The notes under the pieces: generated by a model
Seen by the model: only the letters and a program-made list of their open reading frames with translations
Database searches by the model: none
What the model was told of the DNA's origin: nothing
Shown here: piece by piece, positions 11,001 to 21,454 of the stretch
How the letters are laid out: every line of letters begins with the position of its first letter
How positions within the stretch are numbered: position 1 is the first letter of the stretch
Position numbers and translations under genes: made by a program
Assembly: GCF_004010195.1 (NCBI RefSeq)
Contig: NC_057751.1
Location: forward strand, 11,708,578-11,740,658
Source: Chiloscyllium plagiosum
Lineage: Eukaryota
DNA length: 32,081 nt
Direction of reading: 5' to 3'

Positions 11001-13159
11001 GCTGATATCCCTGCACCAAATAAGCCCTTATTTATTTGTGCACAGTACACTGGCTCCCAATATCAAGGGTCCCCAGTACAATATGAAACGGTTTCTGATT
11101 TCCTCAGCTAATTGAACACCAGCAGGAGTCTCTATTAGCAAGATGAAACCAAGAAAGTTCTCTCACTCTACGCACCTTAGAGACACTTGCAGAAAGACTG
11201 AGTTATGTGAATAAATCCAATAAAGCTAATTTCTTTACCATCATTTAACAAATGGGAACTTCTTAAAGCTAAACTCAGATCAAAATAATTAATCATTTCA
11301 ACCAAGAGTACAGAATAGAATGAAGTGGAAATTTTCTAGTTTTCTTTCAATCACAACCTCACCAATGGTGAGAATTATCTTTGCCTTATTTGGCCAGTCA
11401 CAAAGTTCAGTTGCTTAACTCAATTCTGATCTGAACATAACAGAAACCACATCAGTTTTCAAACAATGGGAACTGTGCTGAAAGGTACAAAAGCGTTGCA
11501 TCAGGTTTTTCTTTCTCTCTTCACTTTGTTCTAGGACACTCTTTCATACCAACATCTGCTCCACAGCATTTAAAACCCAGCAGGAAACCACGTTCAGTGA
11601 GAGCACAGGCCAGAAAATCAGCACTGCACATTTTTAGCCAGATCACTTCAAATTTGGTTTGCCTGTCAGGAGCATGTGATGTAAATTTATCCCCTTGAGA
11701 ACTGAGGCATGGATCTGATACTGGCTCCCAAGACCATGGCTTGAATACAATGGTCCCTACTGTCAATGAAGAGGCTTTTGATGTTATTTTTGCCGAAGTT
11801 CAGTTCAGGGTATGGGCTATTTGTCTATTATGTCTATATATATAATATATATTTTGTACTGTCCATATCCTAAACTGAACTTCTGCACAAATAACAACAA
11901 AACCTCCTCAGTTATTTTGACAGTATACATATATATTGACATAGATATACATACACGTATGAGTGAAGATACACATTGATGCAGATACCTAAAAATACTG
12001 TCCAATGCTCTGTTATAAGCTTCTTAAACAGAATCTGCTGGTCAGACTCACTTGGGAAATGTTTTTAGTGTTGTGAAGTCCATCTTCTTGCTGAGGAGAA
12101 ATGGAAGGAACTTGCCAAAAATGCTAGTTCTTGTCCATTTCGGTCCAAATACCTATTTAATTTCGTGATCAATGCTAATAATTTTCAGCCAATCTCTCTA
12201 GCATTGAAAATAATTTATTGTCTATATAGAGTCTCATTCCTTCATATTTTAATCATTGGTGGTTATTTTGAAAACGCTCATGTTTAAAACATTTTTTGGT
12301 AAATCAGCTTTTGTCTCTGGCTCTTCCTCTGTCTTCATCCAAACCTTCTCTCCCCAGTTTTACTTCACTTTTGCATTGGATTTGACATTAAATTTATGCA
12401 ATCACATTTATGTTTTTCTCAGCCTAAGAATATAATGATCCTGCAATCCAAATCTGAGAAACATCATTGTGAGCTGTCTTTGCTCAAGTCTCAGATGCTC
12501 ATTTCCATGCACAGTAAGATTATCAGCTTGCACTTTCAGCAGTGTGCTGCATTTATATACTGAATAGCTGAACCTGCCAGAGCAGATATATTAGATTCAT
12601 TGGACTCTTCCTATGATCAGACACACACCAGTGAGAAGTGATATTGCAGAGATTAAACTGTGGAAAGTTTTGGGTGCAGCTGGTCTTGTACTTTGCCTCT
12701 GTAAGGTCCATTTCCGGTAAGAGGAGTTCGCTTTGGGTGAGCTGGATTCAGAATCACACCTTCCAACTTTTAGAAGAAATGAAAATAGAATGCAGGAAGA
12801 GGTTTTTCTCACACACTGCAACTTGCTGATCCCCTAACCCTGCCAGCCCCTTACAACCTCCACCAACGCAGCATATATGCACGTACGCTAATGATAGTAG
12901 ACAGGATAGCATCACCAAATGAGACTCATCCTGCTATCAAGATCCAAACACCTGTTGGAATCATGAGATACTGATCAGAGATGGGAGCGTCCAGCACGCA
13001 CCACCTAGTCCTGCAGACCACGGCTGCTGAAACTAGATGGAGCAACTGGGTTATTGCCCACTCTGGGTTCAACACAGGTCCTTTCCAGGCCAAAGCAACC
13101 CATTTAATCAACTCCATCTCTGCTTAGTCCCTACATGATTAACGTAGCTTAGCTGCAGC

Positions 13160-13490
13160 TTATATAATCTCCAGGATGCATTGCAGCAACTATTAAAGGC
13201 TGCTTTGGCAGCATTTTTCCAAACCTGTGACCTCTACTACCTCGAGGGACAAGAATAGCAGATACATGGGAACACCACCCCCTGAAAGTTCCCCTCCAAG
13301 CAGCTCAGAATCCTGACTTGGAAATATAATCCTGCTATTTCACTGTCACTGGATCAGAATATGACAGTATGCTATTAAGTCAGACCCTGGTGACATGTAG
13401 TACAATACTCAAGAGGGCAATTCACCACTACTTGCCCCCAGGCAACTTAGGGTGGGCCTTGCTGTTGACGTCCAAGTGAATAAATAAAAT
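13160..13490 (+). repeat. Decayed LINE/SINE tail fragment
   Basis: ggaacaccaccccctgaaagttcccctccaag...atcctgacttggaaatata...tcactgtcactggatcagaa is shared with 16010-16490. Confidence 0.55.
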
Positions 13491-13899
13491 GAACGAAGCA
13501 TTGGAAAGTCAAACCTGGGATCTTCTAGCTTCTGTAGCTTACTAACAAAACACAGCTGTGCATTTGCGAATAAGAGAAGCAGAGTGGAGCAGAGGCCAGA
13601 TGTCAGGAGAGTCTAATGGTGTATTCCATGTGCACTTGTGCGTTGCAGTGAGCCTTATGGTGCTCTGACTTCATGCTGTTTCTACTTTGGGATTTGATTG
13701 AGAGAGAGTTAATGCCACCACCAAAACAACTGTTGGCTTCAGCAGTGGGGGTGCGGGGTGAAGCACAGCTGTATGGGCCAGCAATATAAAAACCACAATG
13801 CCTTCCTGGACAGGTGGAATGAGAAACAATGCATCATTTGCTTAGTTGGAGGTTGTACTGTACTAGAGAGTACCACTTGAGACTACCGAGAAAGATTTG

Positions 13900-14235
13900 T
13901 CTATCTCTCCTTTTGTGACCTTCACATGTCCTTATAGCACAGCCACATTCATAACACGGCAGCAAACTTGTAAACTTTCACAAAGAGACATTGTATTTTA
14001 ATGATGTTGAAATATTGACCAGGACATGACAAATAGGTTCCTTGGTCTTCTTTGACACCTTATGGGATCTTTTACATTCACCTGATAGGGCTTGGCAGGC
14101 TTGGTCAAACCTTTGAATTGCAACACATCATCTCCCACACTGAAGTCCTCCCTCAGTTCCACACTCAAATGTCAGCCCTTGGTTTTCATGCTTAAGTCCT
14201 GAATTGTGACCCTGAACATAACCTTCTAACTCCGG
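13900..14235 (-). repeat. Ancient DeuSINE-like element
   Basis: atgggatcttttacattcacctga...ctccctcagttccacactcaaatgtcagcc...cttaagtcctgaattgtgaccctgaacataaccttctaactc. Confidence 0.55.
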
Positions 14236-14669
14236 GTCATCAAGCTGCCTGAAGAGTGTGTCAGTGGCTGTGTTTCAGGCATCTGCTGGCACCACACTGA
14301 TTTGCACCTATACATCTGGGGTGCTTCTGACATTTCCTGCTCTGTTGGTGTAGAAATGCAGTCGCCCTCTGATGCTTCCTGCTGGTGATATCGCTGAAAC
14401 CAGAAGCAATACTGTGGAGAGAACACAGCACATCGCAGGCTGTCACACCCAGATTGGTTTTTTTGAGTTTAATTGCAATGCCACATATGGGGGTTACCAC
14501 CTGCTATAGTGGTCACAATCTGAAAAACCAGTGGGATGTCTGGAAACTGTAGACAGTGAAAGTTTCACAAAGGTACAAATTAGCTTAGTTTATTTGAGAC
14601 CCAACTGATTATCAGTATGACATGGACAGATGCACAGGCAGTTTTGAGTCATGCTGAGGAAATAATTTT

Positions 14670-15005
14670 TAAAATTCATTTTCGGGATATGGGCATCACT
14701 GCCTGGACCTACATTTATTGCCCATAGGACAGATAAGACTGTACATTGCTATGGGTCTGGAGTCATATGTAGACCAACCCAGGTAAATTCGGCAGATTTT
14801 CTTCCCTGAAGAACATTAGTGAACCAGATGGGGTTTTCATGACATTTGGCAGTGGTTTCATGATCATTCTTAGACTGTTATTTCCAGGTTATTATTGAAT
14901 TCAAATTCCATTATCCATCATGATAGGATTCAAACCCATGTCCCCAGAATATTACCTGGGTGTCTGGATTGATAATGTATTGATAATACCATAAGGCCAT
15001 TGTCT
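14670..15005 (-). repeat. Shark SINE family copy
   Basis: Reverse complement of the 5620-5840 family (cattgctatgggtctggagtcatatgtagacc...gaacattagtgaaccagatggggtttt) with a tRNA-like head ending near 15005. Confidence 0.65.
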
Positions 15006-15924
15006 ATCCTATTTTAGATTTAGAACTCAGATTGTGGACTGATCTGAAGAGAATTGAGGGATTGGAGCAACGGAACATTATAATGTAGAAGAGATGGATT
15101 CAGTTCTTTGTTAAATGCATTTAATACACTTTCCAAACTCTTAGAAAAACCTCAAATGGTATCCTAACACAATACCAACTGTTGGCAAAAAGGTTTAGGG
15201 GCCATGGGACTGTGAAGGGAAAGGAAACAAAAATGACATGACTAGATTGGAGCCAGCCTGCCGAGTTGGAGGATCATGAGCGACTGATTCCCGGTGAACA
15301 TCCTGTCATTACAGATGATTACCACTGTTGCATACCATTCTATCTGCAAGCATCATAGTATTTGGAAGGCAGTCTCACAGGCTTTAATGATCTTCGCTTG
15401 TTTTTTAGCAGATAATTTACCTTCTCAAGATGTTCTCCAGCTGAACCACACTTGAAGAAAACAGTTTCTCACCATAGCTCCAAGCCAGCTTTGCCAAGGT
15501 CTGCAAAAATGCTTGCAATGGCTTTGGTCATTGTGGCCAACCTGGCTGTTGGTCCTCCTGGCCTGCCCTCTCTCATGTACTGACTGCCATTGCTAATATG
15601 GGGTCCTGTCTAAGTTGCTGGAAGAAGGCCCCCTCAATCATGAATGTATGGAAGAAAAGAACTTCTGTTCATATACTGCCTTTAACAGTTATAAATTGTC
15701 TGGGAAAGCTTCACAGCCACTGAATTAATTTTTACAGTGTCATTACAGTGGGTAAATGGAGCAGACAATTTGCAAAGTACAAGGTTCCACAATATTTGAT
15801 TTGTGATTGATTAATATGTTTTGCTGGTGTTGGTGACAACATCCAAAGAACTCTGTACTCTTGTTCACATACTCCATCTCCACTAGGATGAACAGAATAA
15901 ATCTTAACATGTTAGCAACACTCT

Positions 15925-16850
15925 ACATGGGAAATAGGGGCAGGAATAGATCATATGGTGAACTGATCCTGCTCTGCCATTCAATACATGACAACTGATC
16001 TACTTTAACTGTCTGGATTTGTGTGACTCCAACAACACTAAAGAAACTTGACATCATTCAGGGCAAAGCATCATGCTTGGTTGGTGACCCATTTGTCTCC
16101 TTCAATATTCACTCCCTTCACAATGAACATTGAGTGGCAACAATGTGTATTATCCACCAGATGTAATGCAGTAACTCACCGAGGCTCCTTCACATCACTT
16201 TCCAAAGCTGTCATCTCTGAGAAGGAGAAGAGGAGCAAAAATGTAAGAACATCACGAACTGCAAATTACTTCCAAGTCACGTACCATCCTGACTTCCAAC
16301 TATATTGCTGTTCTGTCATAGTTGCTGGTTCAAAATCCTGTAACTCTCATCCTGACAGCACTGTGAGTGTGTCTATATCACGTGAACTGTAGGAGTACAA
16401 CAAGGGTGGCTCATCACCATCTTCTTCAGGGCAACTAGGTATAAACAACAAATGTTGGCCCAGTCAACAGTGCCCACATGCTATGAAAAAAATTAGTAAA
16501 TGAATGTCGCTTTCCTGCCCATTCTCCATATTTCTTGAATCCTTCAAAGACTAAAATTCTGTCTATCCAAGCCTTAAGTATATTCAATGATGCAGCATCC
16601 TTTATCCTCTTGAGTTGAGAATTTCAAAGATTCACAGCCCTTTAATAAAGTAATTTCTCCTCATCAGTCCTACATGATAAGCCCTTCATCCTAAGACTCT
16701 GTCACTGTGTTTTAGATTGCCAGGCAAATGGAAACAATCCCATAAAACCTATTTTCCAAAACCCTTTTGGAATCTTGTATGTTGTAATAAGGTTGCCTTT
16801 CATTTTTTTTTAGTCTCTAGAGCATATCGACCTAGTTTATTCAATCTCTC
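15925..16850 (-). mobile_element. Decayed CR1 3' fragment (minus) split by a plus-strand repeat at about 16010-16490
   Basis: aataggggcaggaataga...cctgctctgccattcaata, resuming ctttcctgcccattctccata...gaatttcaaagattcacagccc. Confidence 0.55.
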
Positions 16851-17114
16851 TTTTTCGCTTCACAGTCAACTGAGAAACACAACTGAAAGGGTAATTCCTT
16901 TGTGCTGCTTCACACTTGTAATCCTGTGCCTCAACAACAAAATGAACTCTCCTTATTCAGGGAGATGTTGATGACAATTGAAGGGAGAGTATTGAGCTCA
17001 GCCTCTATCCCAGCCAACGTTCAACCAAAACAATATGAATTCCTGTGACTATTGATGCATTCTGTGGGTAGTTTATGACAAGGAACTCACTGTCTTCTTT
17101 GTTTTGGTCTAAAG

Positions 17115-17264
17115 GTGAATGGGGGCGAGAATCAAGAGGCTGCTGAATTGGCTACACATGGCGTCTTGAAACGTTCCTTAAGCCACATTCCAGTGTCTGG
17201 AAACAAGCAAACATTAGGACCTCAGGTTTTGAAGAGTGGGTTCTGTGTGAAACAGGGCATTGTG
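17115..17264 (+). CDS. PLEKHA2: PLEKHA2-like internal exon, linker and start of PH2
   Basis: tcttctttgttttggtctaaag|GTG...GTG|gtgagt, 150 nt: VNGGENQEAAELATHGVLKRSLSHIPVSGNKQTLGPQVLKSGFCVKQGIV. It is the first 50 aa of the ORF at 17115. Confidence 0.9.
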
Positions 17265-18741
17265 GTGAGTGCGGTCATCAGGGAAATTTTAACAGTTGTT
17301 TCTGAGGACGAGCCGCAATCCACTGACTCAAACTGGATTGCTGTCAGTTCACACTTTTGGCTGAGATTTGCCCAAATTTAAATAATTTGGCAAAGCATGC
17401 TTAAAGAGTCCCGGTGCTTTAAATGTTGGAATCATGTATTATGGGACCCACAGGCATAAAATACCTGATTGGATATCATAAAAGCAAAAGAAAAAACATA
17501 CGATGTGGTGAGGGTGAGTGGGAAGCTACAGGATTTGGGAAGCTTTTAAATTCCTGTAGAGGACAAAAAATTAAAAGACAATGGGGGGATGAGGATAAAT
17601 CATAAGGTAAGCTAGTTAGTATATAAAACGAGATTGCAAGATATATAAAAGATAAGAAAGAGGTAAGAATGGACTTTGGACCACTGAAAGTAGTTATGGG
17701 AACAAAGACATTGTAGAGGAACTGAGTAGGTACTTTGCATTAGTTTTCATGGTAGAAGACACAAGTAGCATACCAGAACTTCAAGAGAGTTTCGGGACAG
17801 AGGTACGCGTAATGGCCATTACTGAGGAGAAGATGCTGATGAAGCTGAAAGGTCTGAAGGTGGACAAATCACCTGGACTGGAAGGACTATACCCCAGACT
17901 CCAAAAGGAGATAGCTGAGGAGATTGTAGAGGCATTGGTGGTGATCTTTGAGGAATCACTGGATTCAGGGAGGATCCCAGAGGTCTGGAAAATGGATAAT
18001 GTAACATCCCTTTTTAAGAAGGGAGGGAGGCAGAAGACTGGGAATTATAGGCTGTTTATCCTGACCTCAGTTGTTGGTAAGATTTGAGAGTCCATTATTA
18101 AAGATGAGATTATAAGTTTAGGGTTGAACCAGCACAGCTTCATTAAGGAGATGCCATGCCTGACATATCTGTTAGAATTCTTTGAGGAGATAACAAACAA
18201 GTTAGAAAAAGGAGAGTCAATTATCATTATCTGTTTGGATTCCCAAAAGGCCTTTGACCAAGTGTTGCACAAAAGGCTGCTGAATTTGATAGGAGCTCAT
18301 GGTGTTAAGGATAACATAAAAGCATGGATAGAGAATTGGCTGACTGGCAGAAGACAGAGAGTGGGGAGAAAGGGGTCTTTTTCAGCATGGCAGCAAGTGA
18401 CTAGTGGAGTTCCGTCGGGGCCAGTATTGGCACCACAACTATTCACGTCATACATTAACAATCTGGATGAAGAAACTAAGGCCATTGTAGCTAGGTTTGC
18501 AGATGACACAAAGATAGGTGGTGGGGGAGGGGGGGAAGTGGTATTGTTAAGGAGGTGCAGATAAGGACTTGGACAGGCTAGGAGAGTGGGCAAAGAAGTG
18601 GCAGATGGAATGTAATGTAGGAAACTGTGAGGTAATGCATTTTGGTGGGAAGAATAAGGCATAGACTATCTTCTAAATGTGGAACGGCTTTGGAAATCAC
18701 AAAGGTACTTTGGAGTCTCACTTCAATGTTCTCTGAAGTTT

Positions 18742-19075
18742 AAGATTCCCTACCCAATTCTTAGATTCCCTACAGTGTGGAAACAGGCTCTTCAGCCCAA
18801 CTAGTCCACACCGACCCTCCGAAGAGCAACCCATCCAAACCCATTCCCTTACATTTACCCCTGCACCTAACACTACAGGCAATTTAGCACGGCCAGTTCA
18901 CCTAATTTGCATGTCTTTGGATTGTGGGAGGAAACCGGACCACCCGGAGAAAACCCACGCAGACACGGGGAGAATGTGCAAACTCCACACAGACAGCTGT
19001 CCGAGGCAGGAATTGAACCCGGGTCCCTGGCACTGTGATGCAGCAGTGCTAACCAGTGAGCCACCGTGTCGCCCC
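18742..19075 (-). mobile_element. HE1-type V-SINE
   Basis: Reverse complement ggggcgacacggtggctcactggttagcactgctgc...gggttcaattcctgcc, with V-domain; tail motif agattccctac is duplicated at 18743 and 18763. Confidence 0.9.
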
Positions 19076-19367
19076 GTGCAGGTGCAGTGGCAGTTAGGAA
19101 GGCAAATACAATGTTAGCATTCATTCTGAGAGGGCTCGACTACAAGAGCAGTGATATATTGCTGAGGTTGTAAAAGGCTCTGGTCAGACTGCATTTAGAA
19201 TGTTATGAGCAGTTTGGGGATGGCTCTGGGTTCTGGAGCTTACCTTCGGCTGGAGGGCAGCAAGGTATCGCCGCCGCCCGGCTGCCAGGCAAGGGACATC
19301 TTGATGCGGCGTCTGGCCTGGGTTAAGCTCTAGGACCTCATGCAGCTCGCTCCCAAAGTAATTTCCT

Positions 19368-19693
19368 GGGGCAGCACGGTGGCTCAGTGGTTAGCACTGC
19401 TGCCTCACAGTGCCAGGGACCCGGGTTCAATTCCCGCCTCAGGCAACTGTCTGTGTGGAGTTTGTACATTCTCCCCGTGTCTGTGTGGATTTCCTCCGGG
19501 TGCTCCGGTTTCCTCCCACAGTCCAAAGATGTGCAGGTCAAGTGAATTGGCCATGCTAAATTGCCAGTAGTGTTAGGTGCATTAGTCAGAGGGAGATGGG
19601 TCTGGGTGGGTTACTCTCGGAGGGTCAGTGTGGACTTGTTGGGCTGAAGGGCCTGTTTCCACACTGTAGGGTATCTAATCTTAAAAAAAAAAA
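19368..19693 (+). mobile_element. HE1-type V-SINE, full length
   Basis: Pol III A box tggctcagtgg (19380-19390), B box ggttcaattcc (19424-19434), V-domain, CR1-like tail and A-run. Confidence 0.92.
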
Positions 19694-20271
19694 GTACTGG
19701 GAGGTCTGGAAAGAGTGAATGTGGAGAAGATGTTTCCACAAGCAAGAGAGACTAGGACCCAAAGGCACAGCCTCAGAGTGTAGGATTGAGTGAAGTGAGA
19801 TGAGGAGGAGTTTCTTCAGCCTGAGGGTTGTGAATTGGTGGAGCTTATTATCGCAAAAGGCTGTGGAGGCTAAGTCATTGAATGTCTTTGAGACAGAGAT
19901 AGATATGTTCTTGATTAGAGAGGGGATTAAAGGTTATGGGGAGAAGGCAGGAGAGTGAGATGAAAAACGTCAGCTATGATCAAATGACCTAATGCTGCTC
20001 CTGTATGTTATGGTCTTATAGGTTCTGTCCTGAGTGATGCTGCTGTTTCACACTCGCCTACATGAGCCTAGATGCTATGAAATGATGGCCAAACCCCATA
20101 ATCTTCCTACTGTAGCCAAACAATGTTCAGTACGTGAATGATAGAATGACTAAGCCAACTCAAGTTGTTTATTCAATTTCAGGTTCTGTATTTCCAGTTA
20201 CCCTTTGTTTTCTGAACTTCCAGCATGCCACACCACCAGTTTAGCTAATGATCTTATATTTAACATTACAG

Positions 20272-20340
20272 AGAAAAAGCTGGAAGAGGAGATACTTCAC
20301 ACTGGATGAAAATTTTTTCAGTTACTTCAAGTGTGAATTG
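20272..20340 (+). CDS. PLEKHA2: PLEKHA2-like internal exon, PH2 phosphoinositide-binding strands
   Basis: taacattacag|AGA...TTG|gtaagc, 69 nt: RKSWKRRYFTLDENFFSYFKCEL, completing the KxGxxxKxWxRR PH signature. Confidence 0.92.
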
Positions 20341-20909
20341 GTAAGCTGAAATTGGGTGTTTTTAAAACTATTTGACGTTTTTCAACTGGCTCCTCCGTTT
20401 GATTTTGACTTCAGTTTCCTCAAAAGGGATATTGCTTTTTTAGAATAAAGACTTCTCATTTTGATCTCAGTTGTACCATCAAAAATAATGAAACTAAGAG
20501 ATCATGTAAGATATGAATGTGATTGTACCAGAATCTCAGATGACACTGTATGTGCTATCATGGAGGTCTGTCAAATCATCTGATTGTGTAAACAGTCAAA
20601 ACCAATTTTTAAAATATTTTCCTCTGCTGTCCATTCCCTTGAGTTGCCAGTGGTGACAACACAGTAAATCATTGCAAGCTCTGGCATTTCTGTGATCAAA
20701 TGCTTTGTCAAATGCTCTCAGCTGCACATTTTGAGATTTCTTGAAAGGATTGGACTGCCCTTCAGTGATGTATCTTGTTGGCATCAACTGAGTGCCAACT
20801 TGGGAGATATAGAGTTGGGCTGGTAGAGTCTAAGAAATACTTGAGCAGAACCCACTGCCTTTTCAGCCATGATCTCATTGAATGGCTGAACAGGCTCACA
20901 CAGGGAAGA

Positions 20910-21162
20910 TGGTAGGGCTGAGACACCTGAAATAACTCTACAGAGGCAGGTATCCCATCACTAAGTCACTCTTTATTTACACATGACAAGTGCTTGAGTT
21001 GAGTGCTGCCTCTTCAGAGTTAGCTGTCAGACTGCCAGTATCTCTGACACTCCTGTTCTCATCTATCAGCCAGGGATCCCTGATTGGACCAGCTTAACAG
21101 CCCCAATCAGGGAACTTAGATTCTTGGAGGTCTGGCTAGCTGACATGGGTACAATCACTCGC
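20910..21162 (-). mobile_element. Possible solo LTR
   Basis: About 250 bp, AATAAA on the - strand (ctttatttac) and an internal inverted CCAAT pair. TG..CA ends are degenerate and no clear TSD is seen. Confidence 0.35.
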
Positions 21163-21454
21163 AACGAAGTTGCCTCATTCCACTCTGGTGAAAGTGGAGG
21201 AGAATAAGACACTATGAATGAACTGTTAAGGTTAAGAGACACAGTACAGAATAGTTCCTGAGGATTCCTTTGAGGTAACCAAATATGAATTCAAACAATT
21301 GATGTTCGGCTCATCACCTGATTGAATAACTCTATCTCGGTTAATTCATTTTCTTGGACCTTAGCTTCCCTTCAATGTTTTGACCTTTTCCACTGTTGCT
21401 GATCTTCAACATCCACAGATTGAACAAAAAAAATTAAACATCAACTGAAAGTGA

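Larger units (their letters stand above)
17600..20020 (+). mobile_element. 5'-truncated CR1 LINE (ORF2 RT pseudogene) with two HE1 insertions
   Basis: ORFs 17749-18087 (DKSPG...FKKG.RQKTGNYR..LTSVVGK) and 18124-18564 (LD.QKAFD.V.H...SGVP.G.VL.P.LF..YIN.L...FADDTK), with stops and frameshifts; tail ctcctgtatgttatggtcttat. Confidence 0.93.

Noticed and set aside
11820..11990. TA-rich low-complexity stretch
   Set aside because: It has no regular period or structure that I can support.
616..16971. Numerous 60-115 aa ORFs in introns
   Set aside because: They show no recognisable domains or consistent splice structure, and several lie in repeats; this is the number expected by chance.
19368..19440. 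tRNA gene-like sequence (also at 19005-19075 and 4885-4955)
   Set aside because: These are tRNA-derived SINE heads continuing into the V-domain and LINE tail, not tRNA genes.
18873..19570. Pairs of similar short ORFs (LDCGRKPEHPE..., GSTVAQWLALL...)
   Set aside because: They are translations of HE1 SINE copies.
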